A program made the translations under genes and the position numbers. From the IMG/VR virus record IMGVR_UViG_3300034148_000022, positions 1 through 34,642 of that record: DNA of 34,642 bases; one strand, given 5' to 3'. The notes under the pieces were generated by a model, which ran no database searches, was not told the DNA's origin, and saw only the letters and a list, made by a program, of their open reading frames with translations. Below, in pieces: positions 22,605 to 32,905 of this stretch; positions within the stretch are counted from its first letter, which is position 1; every line of letters begins with the position of its first letter. The DNA is from a virus. Its lineage: Duplodnaviria; Caudoviricetes.

Positions 22605-23069
22605 ATGCAAGCACTCCCGATGGTCGCTTCGCTCGCCAGCACCGGCATGGGGATCTTTGGCGGCCTCATGGAAGGGCAGGGCCAGCAGGCGGCTTACGCG
22701 CATCGCGCCGCGCAGGCCGAGCGGCAGCGCCAGGCCGCGCTGGTGCAGGCGGACCAGACCTCGTCATCGCTGCAGAACGAGCTGGCCGAGACGCTGGGCA
22801 ACATCAACGCCATCCGCGCCTCGTCGGGGGTGATGCACGAGTCGCCGACGGGGCTGGCGATCGACGCGCGCGAGTCGAAGGAAAGCGACCGGCAGCGCCG
22901 CATCAAGGTCGGCAACATCAAGTCGCAGGCGCAGCAGCTCTGGGAGGATCAGAAGTATTACGCCTATGCCGGCGACCAGGCGATGCGCAGCAGCATGTTC
23001 GGCACGTTCGGCCGTGCGCTGTCCTCGTTGAGCGGACTCGGCGGACGGTTCGGATCAACAGGCTATTAA
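22605..23069 (+). CDS. Internal virion (ejection) protein A, 154 aa
   Basis: Hydrophobic Gly-rich termini, Q/A-rich coil, ASSGV...SP motif; first of three genes after the nozzle. Confidence 0.8.
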   Translation: MQALPMVASLASTGMGIFGGLMEGQGQQAAYAHRAAQAERQRQAALVQADQTSSSLQNELAETLGNINAIRASSGVMHESPTGLAIDARESKESDRQRRIKVGNIKSQAQQLWEDQKYYAYAGDQAMRSSMFGTFGRALSSLSGLGGRFGSTGY

Positions 23070-26000
23070 ATGGCAGCACAGCTTCCCACGGTCCCGCGCC
23101 GTCTGGTTCTGACCGAGGCCCCGAAGACCGGCGTCACGCCGGAAGACATCGCCGGGCCATACAAGTGGCTGGGCCAGGCGCTGGGCCGGATCGGCCAGGG
23201 CGTCGAGGACATTGCCTCGCCCTTCGTCGAGCAGGAAGCGCAGAAGGCGGTGACGGTCGGCCCCGATGGCATGCCGCAAGTCACGATGATGCCGATCATC
23301 GGTGGCGGCCGCCTCGCCAAGCAGTGGAACAAGACCGCCGAGCATAACTACGACACGGCGATGACGGCGAAGATCAACGCCGACATCGGCAAGCTGCAGC
23401 AGGATTTTCAGGGTGACCCGGCGGGGTTCGACCAGGCCTTCACGACCTACAAGGCCGGCATCATGGCGAACGTCGCGCCGCATCTGCGCCAGGGCTACGA
23501 CTCGTATTTCGTGCGCCTGCACACCGAGCGGCACGGCCATATGGTCAAGGAGAAGATGGCGCGCGACGAGGCCCTCGGCGAGGATGGCCGGCTCGTCGAA
23601 CGACAGCGGCTCGGCAACGAGATTGAACTCGTCGGGGCGGCGGACGGCCTCGAAACCGAGGGGATGCGGAAGCGGTTTGAGGAACTCGACAAGATCTACG
23701 CCAAGACACTGGCTGATCCGCGCAACCGGATATCGCCGGAGCGGCTGAAGAACGAACGCGATGCATTCCTCAGCAGGGCAACGCGCGCCTGGCTGATCGG
23801 CAAAACCCAGCGGACTCTGGAAAGCGACGGCCCCGCGGCGGCGAGGAAAGTCTTTGAGGAAGGCATTGCGCAGCTGCGCAAGGGCATGCGCGGCGGCGCC
23901 ACTGCGGTTGATCCGGCGAGGTACGAGACAAAGCTGACACCGGCCGAGGAAGAGAAGTTCAAGACCTGGAAGGAGCAGAATGCGCCGTATGACAGCGGCG
24001 AGGATTACGATCTGCGCGGCGCGTTCAAGGCGGGCACGACGGCGGACCAGTACGGCCACTGGCCCGACACGTTCAAGAAGCCCAACCACCCGACGTTCAG
24101 CACGGATTCGAAATACGCCAAGGACCGGCCAGAGCTGGCCGGCAAGTGGGAGTACGGCCCGCAGGGCGAAGAAACCTACATCCCGGCCGAGGAAGACCTC
24201 AATCAGACCGGCGTCTACGGCTTCAAGCTTCGCGACCTCAAGACACTGGAGCGGGACGGCCGGACGATTTTTCGGGAACACGACAACAAGTTCAAGGCCG
24301 AGCGGTTCGAACTGAAGAAGGAATATGACCTCCTCAAGAAGACGCGCGGTCGTGCGGGCCTGACCGAAGAGGACATCAAGGAGTACACGGACAAGGCCAA
24401 TGCGATTGGCCACTGGCAGGTTTTGGAAGACCTGAAAGTAGAAAACGCTTCGCGTCTGACGCGGCCGGTCGATGCGGCGCGGCCGCTCAAGGAACGGATC
24501 CAGATCCGGCAGGGCACCGCGCCCGTCGACGGTGCCGGCACCACGCCCACTGCACCCGGCCAGCCCGCTGCTCCTGCCGCGCCTGGCACCAAGCCGACTC
24601 CAACCATGCCGCCCGCGGCACCGCCCGGCAGCGATCCGCAGACCGAGGAAGTCCTCAGGCAGGGCGGTGCCCCCGGTGGCACTCCAGCCGCGCCCGCGGC
24701 TCCCGGCACGGCACCAGCTCCAACGGCTGGCGCGGCGCCGGCTGCGGCGCCTGCTGCGGCACCCGGTGGGGTCATCACCCGCATCGAGGCCAAGGATTTC
24801 ATCCCCGGCCAGACCATCGTTCCGCGCGAGTGGATCCGCGGGCCGGTGCTGACGGCGGAAAGCGGCGGGCGCTGGCACATCGGGAAGTTCAAGGGCGGCA
24901 TCTATCAATTCGTCCCCAGCACCTGGATGTACATGATCGAGAAATACCGGCCGGACCTGATGCAGGGCCGCACCGAGGCGCAAGTCCTCGCGCTGCGCAA
25001 CCCGCATCCCGGCTGGTCGGAAGACCAGGCGCTGGCCCTGCAAGAGTTCATGGCCTTCAAATACGCGGACAACAGCGCCGCGACCCTGTCGCGCTATGGC
25101 ATCCCGATCACGCCGGCGACGATCTATGCCGCGCACTTTCTCGGGGCCGGCGGCAGCAGCAAGACCCCCGGCCTTGGTGCGGTGGCCCTCTACAATTCGC
25201 CGCCGCAGACGCCGTCGCGGACCTTCGTCAGCGCGAAGGGATACGCCGCCAACACAACGATCTTCGACGCGAACCCGACGGCGGCGCACCTGATCGCGTG
25301 GGCCGAGCGGAAGGGCGCCGGGGGCGGCGGGGCCGCCGGCCGCGGCCCAGGCGGTGGCGGTGCGGCACCCGCGGTCGGTGCGGCTGGCCTGCCGACGCGC
25401 GGCGCGGGCGGCGGCGGCTACGGCGGGCGCTTTCCCGAGGGCGTGCCGGCTGATGTTCCTGCTGGTGGTGCGGGTGGAGGTGGCGGTGAGGTCGCAGTCG
25501 AAGGCGGTGTTGCCGCACCGGTTGCTGCGCCCGGCACGACGGACCTGACGACGACGCGGCTAGGCATCCGGCGGATGCGGGACGCCGAGCTGCAATTGAA
25601 GGACGACCTCAACGGCATGATGACCAGCCTGCGGTCGTCAATCCAGGCCGAGGAGCTTCCCGATCGCTCGCGGATCGAGGGCCTGCGCGAACTGGTCAAC
25701 GCGGTCGGCGATCCGAAGCAGCGCGAAGAGGCGGAACACATCATCGCCGGCGTGGAATACGGCGAGAAGTTTTCCGACGGCACGCCGGCCGAGCGGTCGC
25801 AGATGCAGGCCCAGGTCCGGCAGGACATGGCCGCTGAACGCGACAACGACCGACGCGCATTCCTCGAGAAGATGGACCGGATCTTCAAGGCGACCGACAA
25901 GGCGATCACGGACGGTTACAAGGACAACCCCTACAAGGCCGATCGCGTTTGGAACAAAGGCCCGAAGATCGAGCCGATCAATTGGGACGACCCGGCGCAG

Positions 26001-27506
26001 ACCGCGCGTGTGACGGACGAGAAGATCGCCCGCCAGGCTGTGATCCGCCAGGACCAGGACATGGGGGCCTTCTCCATCCTCGAGCCGCATGAGGCCAACG
26101 CCTTCGCCAACTGGGCGTCGAAGGCGTCCCCTAAGCAGATCACCGCGCAGTTTCAGAACCTCGGCAAGCAGACCGATGAGATGCTCAACGCGACCATCCA
26201 CAATCCGGTGATCGCGCAGACGCTGCGCAGCCTGATGTCGACGACCGATCCCGCCAAGCACCAGGCGGTAATGAGCGGACTCGACGCCCTCTATACGCGC
26301 CTGCCGGCCGAAACCATGAAGCTGCTCGGCGAGGACAACGCGCACACGCTGTCGACCTGGCGCACGACCGCGAGCTTCTACGACGAGAAGGGTTACGCCG
26401 ACTGGATCAAGCAGAAGCAGAACGAGGATCCCGCGCAGACCAAGCGGCGCGAATACCTCGAGAGGAAGGGGCTGGAGGACGCCTACAAGGAAACGCCGGA
26501 CAAGATCGCCGAGCAGTTCGGGGCCAGTGGTTTCCTTCCCTCCCTCGTCGAGGGGATCACCCGCAATGCGCCGCAGGTGCCGAGTGACCCGAATGTCGCG
26601 CGGGCGCTGGCGGTCGACTATGCCCACGCCTATTCGATCCAGTTCGCCGCCAACAATGGAGACGCGAAGAAGGCGAAGGAGTCGGCGATCAAGCTGCTGA
26701 AGGAAGGCAAGATCTGGATGCCTTCGCCGACGAACAACAACCAACTGATGAAGCACGCGCCGGAGAAGTATTACCCGCCGGTCGCCGGCGGGCATGGCTA
26801 CATTCGCGCCGAGCTGCTCGATTTCACCGCGAAAAAGATGGGCGTTCCCCTTGGTGATTTCACTGGGGATCCGATGGGAACATCGCCGGCGGCCAACTAC
26901 ACCGTGGCCCTGGTGCCGGACAAGCGCACCGAGTCTGAGGCCGGGAGCTACAATCCAACCAGGGATCCTGACACTAGAAAAACGGTGCCCAACGCCGAAG
27001 GCATCCAGGAACCCAACCCGGATTATAACCACCCGCCGACTTACCTCGTCATCGTGCGGGACGACCGCACCAGCCCGCCCAAGTATGACGCCATCCGCGG
27101 GACGCGGTTCTGGGCCGATCCCACGCTGCCGAAGAAGGCCGCGGCGGAAGAGGAGAGGCTGGGAATCATCCGGGGTCAGGCGGCGGCGGCTCCGCAGCCA
27201 ATGCGCGTGCCGCCACCGTTGATCGAGAATCCAATGATGCCGGGGTCCGGCCCGGTGGTGTCACCGAGCCTTGGACCGGACGCGAACATTGACGAACTGC
27301 GCGCCCAGGACCGGGGTGCGCTGTACGACGAATTTGGCAAGCCGTTCGTCGAGGCGGGCGGGCGTGTGGGCGAACGCCTCGGGCCGCCGCTGCAGCGTGC
27401 CGGCGAGGCGGCGGCTGGCGCCGTGGTGCGGGGGCTGGGCGCAGCAGGGCAATTGCTCACCTCGGGTGGGAGCCGGGCGACCGGCGGCAGGAAGAAGAAA
27501 GACTGA
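23070..27506 (+). CDS. Internal virion protein B with lytic transglycosylase-like domain, 1478 aa
   Basis: LTAESGG...GIYQFVPSTW...IYAAHFLGAGG lysozyme-like motifs at about 24840-25313, between low-complexity linkers. Confidence 0.85.
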   Translation: MAAQLPTVPRRLVLTEAPKTGVTPEDIAGPYKWLGQALGRIGQGVEDIASPFVEQEAQKAVTVGPDGMPQVTMMPIIGGGRLAKQWNKTAEHNYDTAMTAKINADIGKLQQDFQGDPAGFDQAFTTYKAGIMANVAPHLRQGYDSYFVRLHTERHGHMVKEKMARDEALGEDGRLVERQRLGNEIELVGAADGLETEGMRKRFEELDKIYAKTLADPRNRISPERLKNERDAFLSRATRAWLIGKTQRTLESDGPAAARKVFEEGIAQLRKGMRGGATAVDPARYETKLTPAEEEKFKTWKEQNAPYDSGEDYDLRGAFKAGTTADQYGHWPDTFKKPNHPTFSTDSKYAKDRPELAGKWEYGPQGEETYIPAEEDLNQTGVYGFKLRDLKTLERDGRTIFREHDNKFKAERFELKKEYDLLKKTRGRAGLTEEDIKEYTDKANAIGHWQVLEDLKVENASRLTRPVDAARPLKERIQIRQGTAPVDGAGTTPTAPGQPAAPAAPGTKPTPTMPPAAPPGSDPQTEEVLRQGGAPGGTPAAPAAPGTAPAPTAGAAPAAAPAAAPGGVITRIEAKDFIPGQTIVPREWIRGPVLTAESGGRWHIGKFKGGIYQFVPSTWMYMIEKYRPDLMQGRTEAQVLALRNPHPGWSEDQALALQEFMAFKYADNSAATLSRYGIPITPATIYAAHFLGAGGSSKTPGLGAVALYNSPPQTPSRTFVSAKGYAANTTIFDANPTAAHLIAWAERKGAGGGGAAGRGPGGGGAAPAVGAAGLPTRGAGGGGYGGRFPEGVPADVPAGGAGGGGGEVAVEGGVAAPVAAPGTTDLTTTRLGIRRMRDAELQLKDDLNGMMTSLRSSIQAEELPDRSRIEGLRELVNAVGDPKQREEAEHIIAGVEYGEKFSDGTPAERSQMQAQVRQDMAAERDNDRRAFLEKMDRIFKATDKAITDGYKDNPYKADRVWNKGPKIEPINWDDPAQTARVTDEKIARQAVIRQDQDMGAFSILEPHEANAFANWASKASPKQITAQFQNLGKQTDEMLNATIHNPVIAQTLRSLMSTTDPAKHQAVMSGLDALYTRLPAETMKLLGEDNAHTLSTWRTTASFYDEKGYADWIKQKQNEDPAQTKRREYLERKGLEDAYKETPDKIAEQFGASGFLPSLVEGITRNAPQVPSDPNVARALAVDYAHAYSIQFAANNGDAKKAKESAIKLLKEGKIWMPSPTNNNQLMKHAPEKYYPPVAGGHGYIRAELLDFTAKKMGVPLGDFTGDPMGTSPAANYTVALVPDKRTESEAGSYNPTRDPDTRKTVPNAEGIQEPNPDYNHPPTYLVIVRDDRTSPPKYDAIRGTRFWADPTLPKKAAAEEERLGIIRGQAAAAPQPMRVPPPLIENPMMPGSGPVVSPSLGPDANIDELRAQDRGALYDEFGKPFVEAGGRVGERLGPPLQRAGEAAAGAVVRGLGAAGQLLTSGGSRATGGRKKKD

Positions 27507-30500
27507 TGCCGTTCATTGAACCCGAGGAGGACGAGGACCGGGGCCTGGGTTATGAGACGGGCCTGTTGCAGCGCCCGCCGCAATTGCAGCCGAAACGCTA
27601 CGACTGGGGCGATCCCAATGCGCCGCTCGGTGCGCCGAAATATGTCCCGATCCCGACGTTCGCTGAATCCATTGGCTTGGGCTTCCAGCGCGAAAGCTGG
27701 CTGGTCGGGGCGGCCCAGAAACTGTGGCGCGAGCAGTACCCGGAAGTCGAGGGCTACACTCCTGCGGAAGACCCGCTCTACAAGGACAGCGTCTTCCAGC
27801 AATACTACGCCTCGAATTTCTACGGCTCGCGGTCACCGCAGGAAACACGCGCGATCGCGCAGCGCATCTCCGAGGAGCTTTCGCAGGACGAGTCGCTTGC
27901 AGCTGCGGGCTGGCACGGGACGGTGGCGCGGTTTGCCGGTGCCATCCTCGGGGATCCGACGATCGCGCTGCCCGGTGGCCAGATCTACCGCTCGGTGAAG
28001 GGCGGCTATTCGATCATGAAGTCGGCGGCGTCAGTCGGCGGGATGGGCGCGTTCCAGACCGGCACGGCTGAAGGCATCCTGCAGTCCACCCAGGAAACCC
28101 GCACTTGGGAGGACTCTGCGCTGTCGATCGCGAGCGGCACCTTGCTGTCGGGAATCCTCGGTATGGGCGCGGCTGCGTTGATGTCGCGCGGCCAGACCGC
28201 GATCATGGCGGCGGGCCTCGACAAGTACCGCGCCGACATCGATCTGCACGCCGGCACGATCGGGCGGAAGGAACACGCCGAGCGGTACGCGAAGGCCGAT
28301 GCCATCATCGCGGCCGAGAATGCCAAGGGGGCGGGTGCGGCTGCGCAGGCCGTTCCGCCGCCCAGCAGCGTGGCGGACTACGTCGACAACTATCAGGCGG
28401 GCCGCAGCCTCGACAGTCCCGCGCATATAGCGTTTGCCACAAAGAACGCCGACGCGATCGCGGCCGAGGTTGCGCGCCGGAATGCCGCCACTGCGACCGA
28501 GCCGGTGCCGGTAGCCCCCGCTCCTGGTGCCGTTCCCGGTGCCGCCGCCGTGCCAGTCGCCCCTGGTGCGGCGGCCGTGCCCGGTGCCCTGATCGAGCCG
28601 CCAGTGCCCGGCGCGGCGGCTGTGCCTGGTGAGGCGGTCCCCCCCGGTGCAACGCCCGTCGCACCGGGCGCCGTCCCCGGTGCAGCCGTCGCGCCCGGTG
28701 CTGAAGCTCTGCCGCCGGTCGAGGCACCTGCTGCTGCAGCGGCCCCGCCCACCATCCCCGGTGCAGCGGTGCCTGGTGCGGAAGCGGTGCCAACCCTTGG
28801 CGCACCAGAAGCTCCCCGGCTTGGCCCCGTCACCCCAGCGGCTGCAGCCGAGGTGCCCGGTGCGCAGGCGCTGCCTGCCGCGGAGGTGCCGCCGGCGGTG
28901 CCGCTGACGGTCGCGAAGTTCGTCGACGACTACCTCGCCGGCAAGATCTGGGACAATCCCGAGGCGGCCGCCTTCGCCGCGAAGCATGCCGACGAAATCA
29001 TCGCGGAGACGAAGCGCCGCGGGGCCGAGGCAGCGCCGGTCGCGCCAACCACCGGCACCGGCACGGCGGCGGCTGGCGGTGCGGCAGCCACCGACACCCG
29101 CACCCTCGAGCTGGCCGGTGCGCTGGGGTTCGAGAAGATCCCGCTCGGCTTCCTCGGCTCGCCGATCCGCAATGTCATGCAGGCCACCTCGGTGATCGGG
29201 CGGCGCATCATGGCGAGCCTCGCGGAGATGCCGTACCTGTTCCGCGACAACCAGAACAACATCACCACCTCCGACGTCGCCGCGATCGACCGGCTGATGC
29301 ACATGGAGCTGAACAGCCAGCGGGTCGCGCTGTCCGACAAGATGATGGACGCCTATTCGCAGTACCGGTTCGGCCGGCGCGTGCTGACGCCGGGGGCGCG
29401 CGATCAATGGCAGCGCCTCACCGGCTCGGTGCCGCCCGACGTCATGAGCCTCTCCGAGTTCAGGGAAGCCGCGGGTCAGGCGGCGATGGTCGAGGGCGGT
29501 GTCCACGCGGTCAAGGAAGTCACCGACGTGGCGAAGTTTGCCAACGCGATGTTCGAGAAGTGGGCCGCGCGCGCCGAGAAGGCCGAGGGGATGGGCTTCA
29601 AGCGCGCCGAGCAATTCGAGAAGGAATGGTATTTCCCGCATCTGTGGAACACGACACTGATCCGCCAGAACCAGGGCAAGTTCATCGCGTGGCTGCAGAA
29701 GATCTACAAGGCCGAGCAGGCGAAGAAGTTCGAGATTCAGCGGTCGCTGACGATCAGCAACGCGCAGTACCGATCGTGGGCGCAGCAGGAAAAGAAACTG
29801 GAGGCTCGGCTCGAGCGGATCCACGCGGGCATCAGCGACATCTCCTCGCGGATGGACGAGCGGGCGATGGAGGTGCGGCGGATCGACAAGCGCGCCGGCA
29901 CGCTGGAGGAGCGGGCGGCCTCGATCCGCGAGGAGATTTCCGACACCGAAGAATTTATCGCGTCGATGCGCGAGGAGCTGACGGACCCGGATCTGCTGAC
30001 GCGGCTCGACGAGATGGAAGCCGACGTCCGCGAACTGCGCAAGCTCGACAAGCCGATGACCGAGGCGCAGTTGCGCCAGCTCGACGAGGACGAACTGGGC
30101 GGCATCCTCACCGGCCCGACGCGCATCGCAGCCGAGGTGATCACCGGCCGCCGCAAGCTGCCCGAGATGCCGTCGTTCATCAAATGGCTGATCAAGAAGG
30201 GCGGCCTCAAGGATGACGGCGGCGAACTGATGTCGGTGCTGGGCGGCAAGCCCAACGCCAAGGGTGTGAAGGGTCTGCTCAACAACGAGGGCGGCGAAGC
30301 CTTCGACGAGATGGGCAAGATCATCGCCAATGAGTTTCGCGAGGCGCGCACACCGGGTGCCGAGGGGACGCCCGGCGGGGGCCAGCCTGGCCGCGATGAG
30401 ATTGTCGAATGGATCCGGGACTCGATGCGCGGGCAGGAACCCGCCTGGTGGATCGCCTCGCAGACACCCGAGACGCTGGAGAAGATCGACGCGGGCCAGG

Positions 30501-32863
30501 TTGCCCTCGGCCTCGAGGAGGTGTTCACCCGCGCAGGCATCATCGATCAGATCAAGACGACGCGCGACGTGGCCCGGCTGCTGCGCGACGAGCTGCCCGG
30601 CAACGTGACGCTGAACGACCTCGACCGGATCGCTGCGGAGATTGAAGCGGCGCAGGGGCCGATCCCGCCGAGTGTGCGGATCGAGGAGGCCGAGGGCGCG
30701 ATCGCCGATCTGCGCGGCAGCATGACCAAGGTGCGCCAGGTCATCCAGGACGCGATGTCGTCGCGCGACCGGATGGGCACGCAGGTGCGTGCGACCCAGA
30801 TCCGGGCGGGCGAGGCGCGGTATGGCGAACGCGCCAACCTCGGACGGCTCGGTGTCCTCGACGAGCGGCTCAGTGCGAAGGAGCGAAAGCGCGACCTGGT
30901 CCTCGACTACCTGCAGATCACGCAGAAGCACAAGGACGATCTGCGCCTCAAGATGGAGGAGGACATCGGGCGGTACGAGGGCAATACCACGGTCGAGGCG
31001 CAGGCCCGGCTGAAGGCGCGCGAGAAGGCCGAGGCCGAGCGGACGCCCGAGCAGCGGGCCAAGCAGGCGCGCCTGACCAGCGCCGACGAGGCAGTCGACT
31101 CCGCGGTGCGCAAGATCGTGGACGAACGCACATACGACAAGAGCGACGAGGAACTGCGCAGCATCGCCGCCGAAACCATGAAGCGGATCCTTGGCACGCC
31201 GGACGGCCGCCTGCCCTACGACCTCGCGAATGCGCGGCCCGACGTGGGCTGGAAGCCGGGCAGCTCAAGCGAGCCGCCGCGCGGGGGCCTCGCCCACCGG
31301 CAACTGAACGTCTCGAATGCCGAGGCGAAGGAGTGGATCGAGAATGACCTCGAGAAGGTGATGAGTGTGCATCTGCGCACCTTCGTGCCCGACACGATGC
31401 TGGTCGAGCGGTTCGGCGATGTCCGCATGTCCATGCCGCTCAAGCAGATATCGGAGGACTACACCCGCCTGGTGCGCGAGGTGGAGCAGGACAAGAAGAT
31501 CCCCGACAGCAAGAAGGGGGCGATGATCAAGAAACTGGCCGACGAAGAGGACATGGTGATTACGGTGGTGGCCGGCGTGCGCGACCGGATCCGCGGCGTC
31601 TATGGCTGGTCGCCGGAATTGCGCAACGTCGCGCGGGCAGCGCGCGCCGCCAAGCAGATCAACAACCTGACCTCGATGGGCATGGCGGCGGTCGGCTCGC
31701 TGGCGGACATGGCCGGCATCGTGATGCTGCACGGGTTCAAGAACGTGATCCGGGATGGCTGGGGGCCGTACCTCTCGCAGATCCTGCGCAACACCAATGC
31801 CGGTGCCGAGTTCAAGCGTCAGATGCGGGCCATGGGCATCGGCGTGGAGACGGTGATCAACGCGCGCCAGCACACGATGGATGACGTCATGGACGGGGCC
31901 GCGCCGCAGTCGCGGTTCGAACGCGCGCTGACATGGGGCAACGACAAGTTCTTCATCGGCAACCTGCTCGCACCGCAGACCGACGCCTTCAAGCAGATCG
32001 CCGCGCATGTCGTGATGAACGAGATTCTGCGCGCGTCCGAGGCGGTGGCCAAGGGGACCGCGACCAAGAAGCAGCTCACGAACCTGGCCGCCTCGAACAT
32101 CTCGCAGGAGATGGCGACGAGGATCTACGGCGAATACACGCGCAAGGGCGGCGGCATCGAGAAGATCGACGGCGTGCTGCTGCCGAATACCGGGACGTGG
32201 CAGGATCAGCATCTCGCCGAAATGTTTTCCGCAGCTGTCAACCGCGAGGTCGATATCGCGGTGGTGACGCCGGGTCAGGAGAAGTCGTTCTGGATGTCGC
32301 ACCAGACGCTGAGTGTGCTGGGGCAGTTCAAGTCTTTCACGCAGTCGTCGAACGAACGCCTGATCCTCGGCAACCTGCAGCGGCGCGATACCAACGTGCT
32401 GCAGGGCGTGGTGTTTTCCGTGATGCTCGGCATGGCGTCCTACAAGCTGGCCGGCTTCATCTCGGGCCGCGAGACGTCGAACGATCCGGCGACGATGATC
32501 AAGGAAGGCATGACGCGCGCGAACACGCTGGGCTGGGCCGAGGAAGGCAACGCGATCGCCAGCAAGCTGACCGGCGGCAGCGTCGACGTCTACCGGCTGA
32601 TCGGCGCCGACAAGCCGCCGTCGCGGTTTGCCTCGCGGTCCGCCGCCGACATGCTGCTCGGCCCGACATGGGCCAAGATCGAAAGCCTGTCCAAGATCGC
32701 CGGGTCGGCTGGCACCGGCAACTGGGACCAGTACGACACGACGGCCACCCGGCGGTTCATCTTCCTGCAGAATGTGCTGTGGCTGAACCGGGGCTTTCAA
32801 GCGGCCGAGGAGGGGGTCAACCATATGTTCGGGATCCCGATGAAGCCGCCGACCTCGCCCTAG
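27506..32863 (+). CDS. Large internal virion protein C, 1785 aa
   Basis: TGATG-coupled; hydrophobic Gly/Ala helices near the N-terminus; YFPHLWN and LGQFKSF motifs typical of large podovirus ejection proteins. Confidence 0.85.
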   Translation: MPFIEPEEDEDRGLGYETGLLQRPPQLQPKRYDWGDPNAPLGAPKYVPIPTFAESIGLGFQRESWLVGAAQKLWREQYPEVEGYTPAEDPLYKDSVFQQYYASNFYGSRSPQETRAIAQRISEELSQDESLAAAGWHGTVARFAGAILGDPTIALPGGQIYRSVKGGYSIMKSAASVGGMGAFQTGTAEGILQSTQETRTWEDSALSIASGTLLSGILGMGAAALMSRGQTAIMAAGLDKYRADIDLHAGTIGRKEHAERYAKADAIIAAENAKGAGAAAQAVPPPSSVADYVDNYQAGRSLDSPAHIAFATKNADAIAAEVARRNAATATEPVPVAPAPGAVPGAAAVPVAPGAAAVPGALIEPPVPGAAAVPGEAVPPGATPVAPGAVPGAAVAPGAEALPPVEAPAAAAAPPTIPGAAVPGAEAVPTLGAPEAPRLGPVTPAAAAEVPGAQALPAAEVPPAVPLTVAKFVDDYLAGKIWDNPEAAAFAAKHADEIIAETKRRGAEAAPVAPTTGTGTAAAGGAAATDTRTLELAGALGFEKIPLGFLGSPIRNVMQATSVIGRRIMASLAEMPYLFRDNQNNITTSDVAAIDRLMHMELNSQRVALSDKMMDAYSQYRFGRRVLTPGARDQWQRLTGSVPPDVMSLSEFREAAGQAAMVEGGVHAVKEVTDVAKFANAMFEKWAARAEKAEGMGFKRAEQFEKEWYFPHLWNTTLIRQNQGKFIAWLQKIYKAEQAKKFEIQRSLTISNAQYRSWAQQEKKLEARLERIHAGISDISSRMDERAMEVRRIDKRAGTLEERAASIREEISDTEEFIASMREELTDPDLLTRLDEMEADVRELRKLDKPMTEAQLRQLDEDELGGILTGPTRIAAEVITGRRKLPEMPSFIKWLIKKGGLKDDGGELMSVLGGKPNAKGVKGLLNNEGGEAFDEMGKIIANEFREARTPGAEGTPGGGQPGRDEIVEWIRDSMRGQEPAWWIASQTPETLEKIDAGQVALGLEEVFTRAGIIDQIKTTRDVARLLRDELPGNVTLNDLDRIAAEIEAAQGPIPPSVRIEEAEGAIADLRGSMTKVRQVIQDAMSSRDRMGTQVRATQIRAGEARYGERANLGRLGVLDERLSAKERKRDLVLDYLQITQKHKDDLRLKMEEDIGRYEGNTTVEAQARLKAREKAEAERTPEQRAKQARLTSADEAVDSAVRKIVDERTYDKSDEELRSIAAETMKRILGTPDGRLPYDLANARPDVGWKPGSSSEPPRGGLAHRQLNVSNAEAKEWIENDLEKVMSVHLRTFVPDTMLVERFGDVRMSMPLKQISEDYTRLVREVEQDKKIPDSKKGAMIKKLADEEDMVITVVAGVRDRIRGVYGWSPELRNVARAARAAKQINNLTSMGMAAVGSLADMAGIVMLHGFKNVIRDGWGPYLSQILRNTNAGAEFKRQMRAMGIGVETVINARQHTMDDVMDGAAPQSRFERALTWGNDKFFIGNLLAPQTDAFKQIAAHVVMNEILRASEAVAKGTATKKQLTNLAASNISQEMATRIYGEYTRKGGGIEKIDGVLLPNTGTWQDQHLAEMFSAAVNREVDIAVVTPGQEKSFWMSHQTLSVLGQFKSFTQSSNERLILGNLQRRDTNVLQGVVFSVMLGMASYKLAGFISGRETSNDPATMIKEGMTRANTLGWAEEGNAIASKLTGGSVDVYRLIGADKPPSRFASRSAADMLLGPTWAKIESLSKIAGSAGTGNWDQYDTTATRRFIFLQNVLWLNRGFQAAEEGVNHMFGIPMKPPTSP
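28367..29020 (+). repeat. Duplicated 38-codon module flanking an AAVPG-rich repeat tract
   Basis: Modules at 28367-28480 and 28907-29020; about 140 aa of Ala/Val/Pro/Gly repeats between them. Confidence 0.8.
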
Positions 32864-32866
32864 GCC

Positions 32867-32900
32867 TGTGCGTTGACCCGCCCGGCGGGTTTGCCACTGT
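32867..32900 (+). promoter_or_regulatory. TGTGCGTTGA promoter-like motif, copy 4 (leaderless geometry)
   Basis: TGTGCG-TTGACC-16 nt-CACTGT-5 nt-ATG(32906); intergenic. Confidence 0.7.
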
Positions 32901-32905
32901 AGGCC

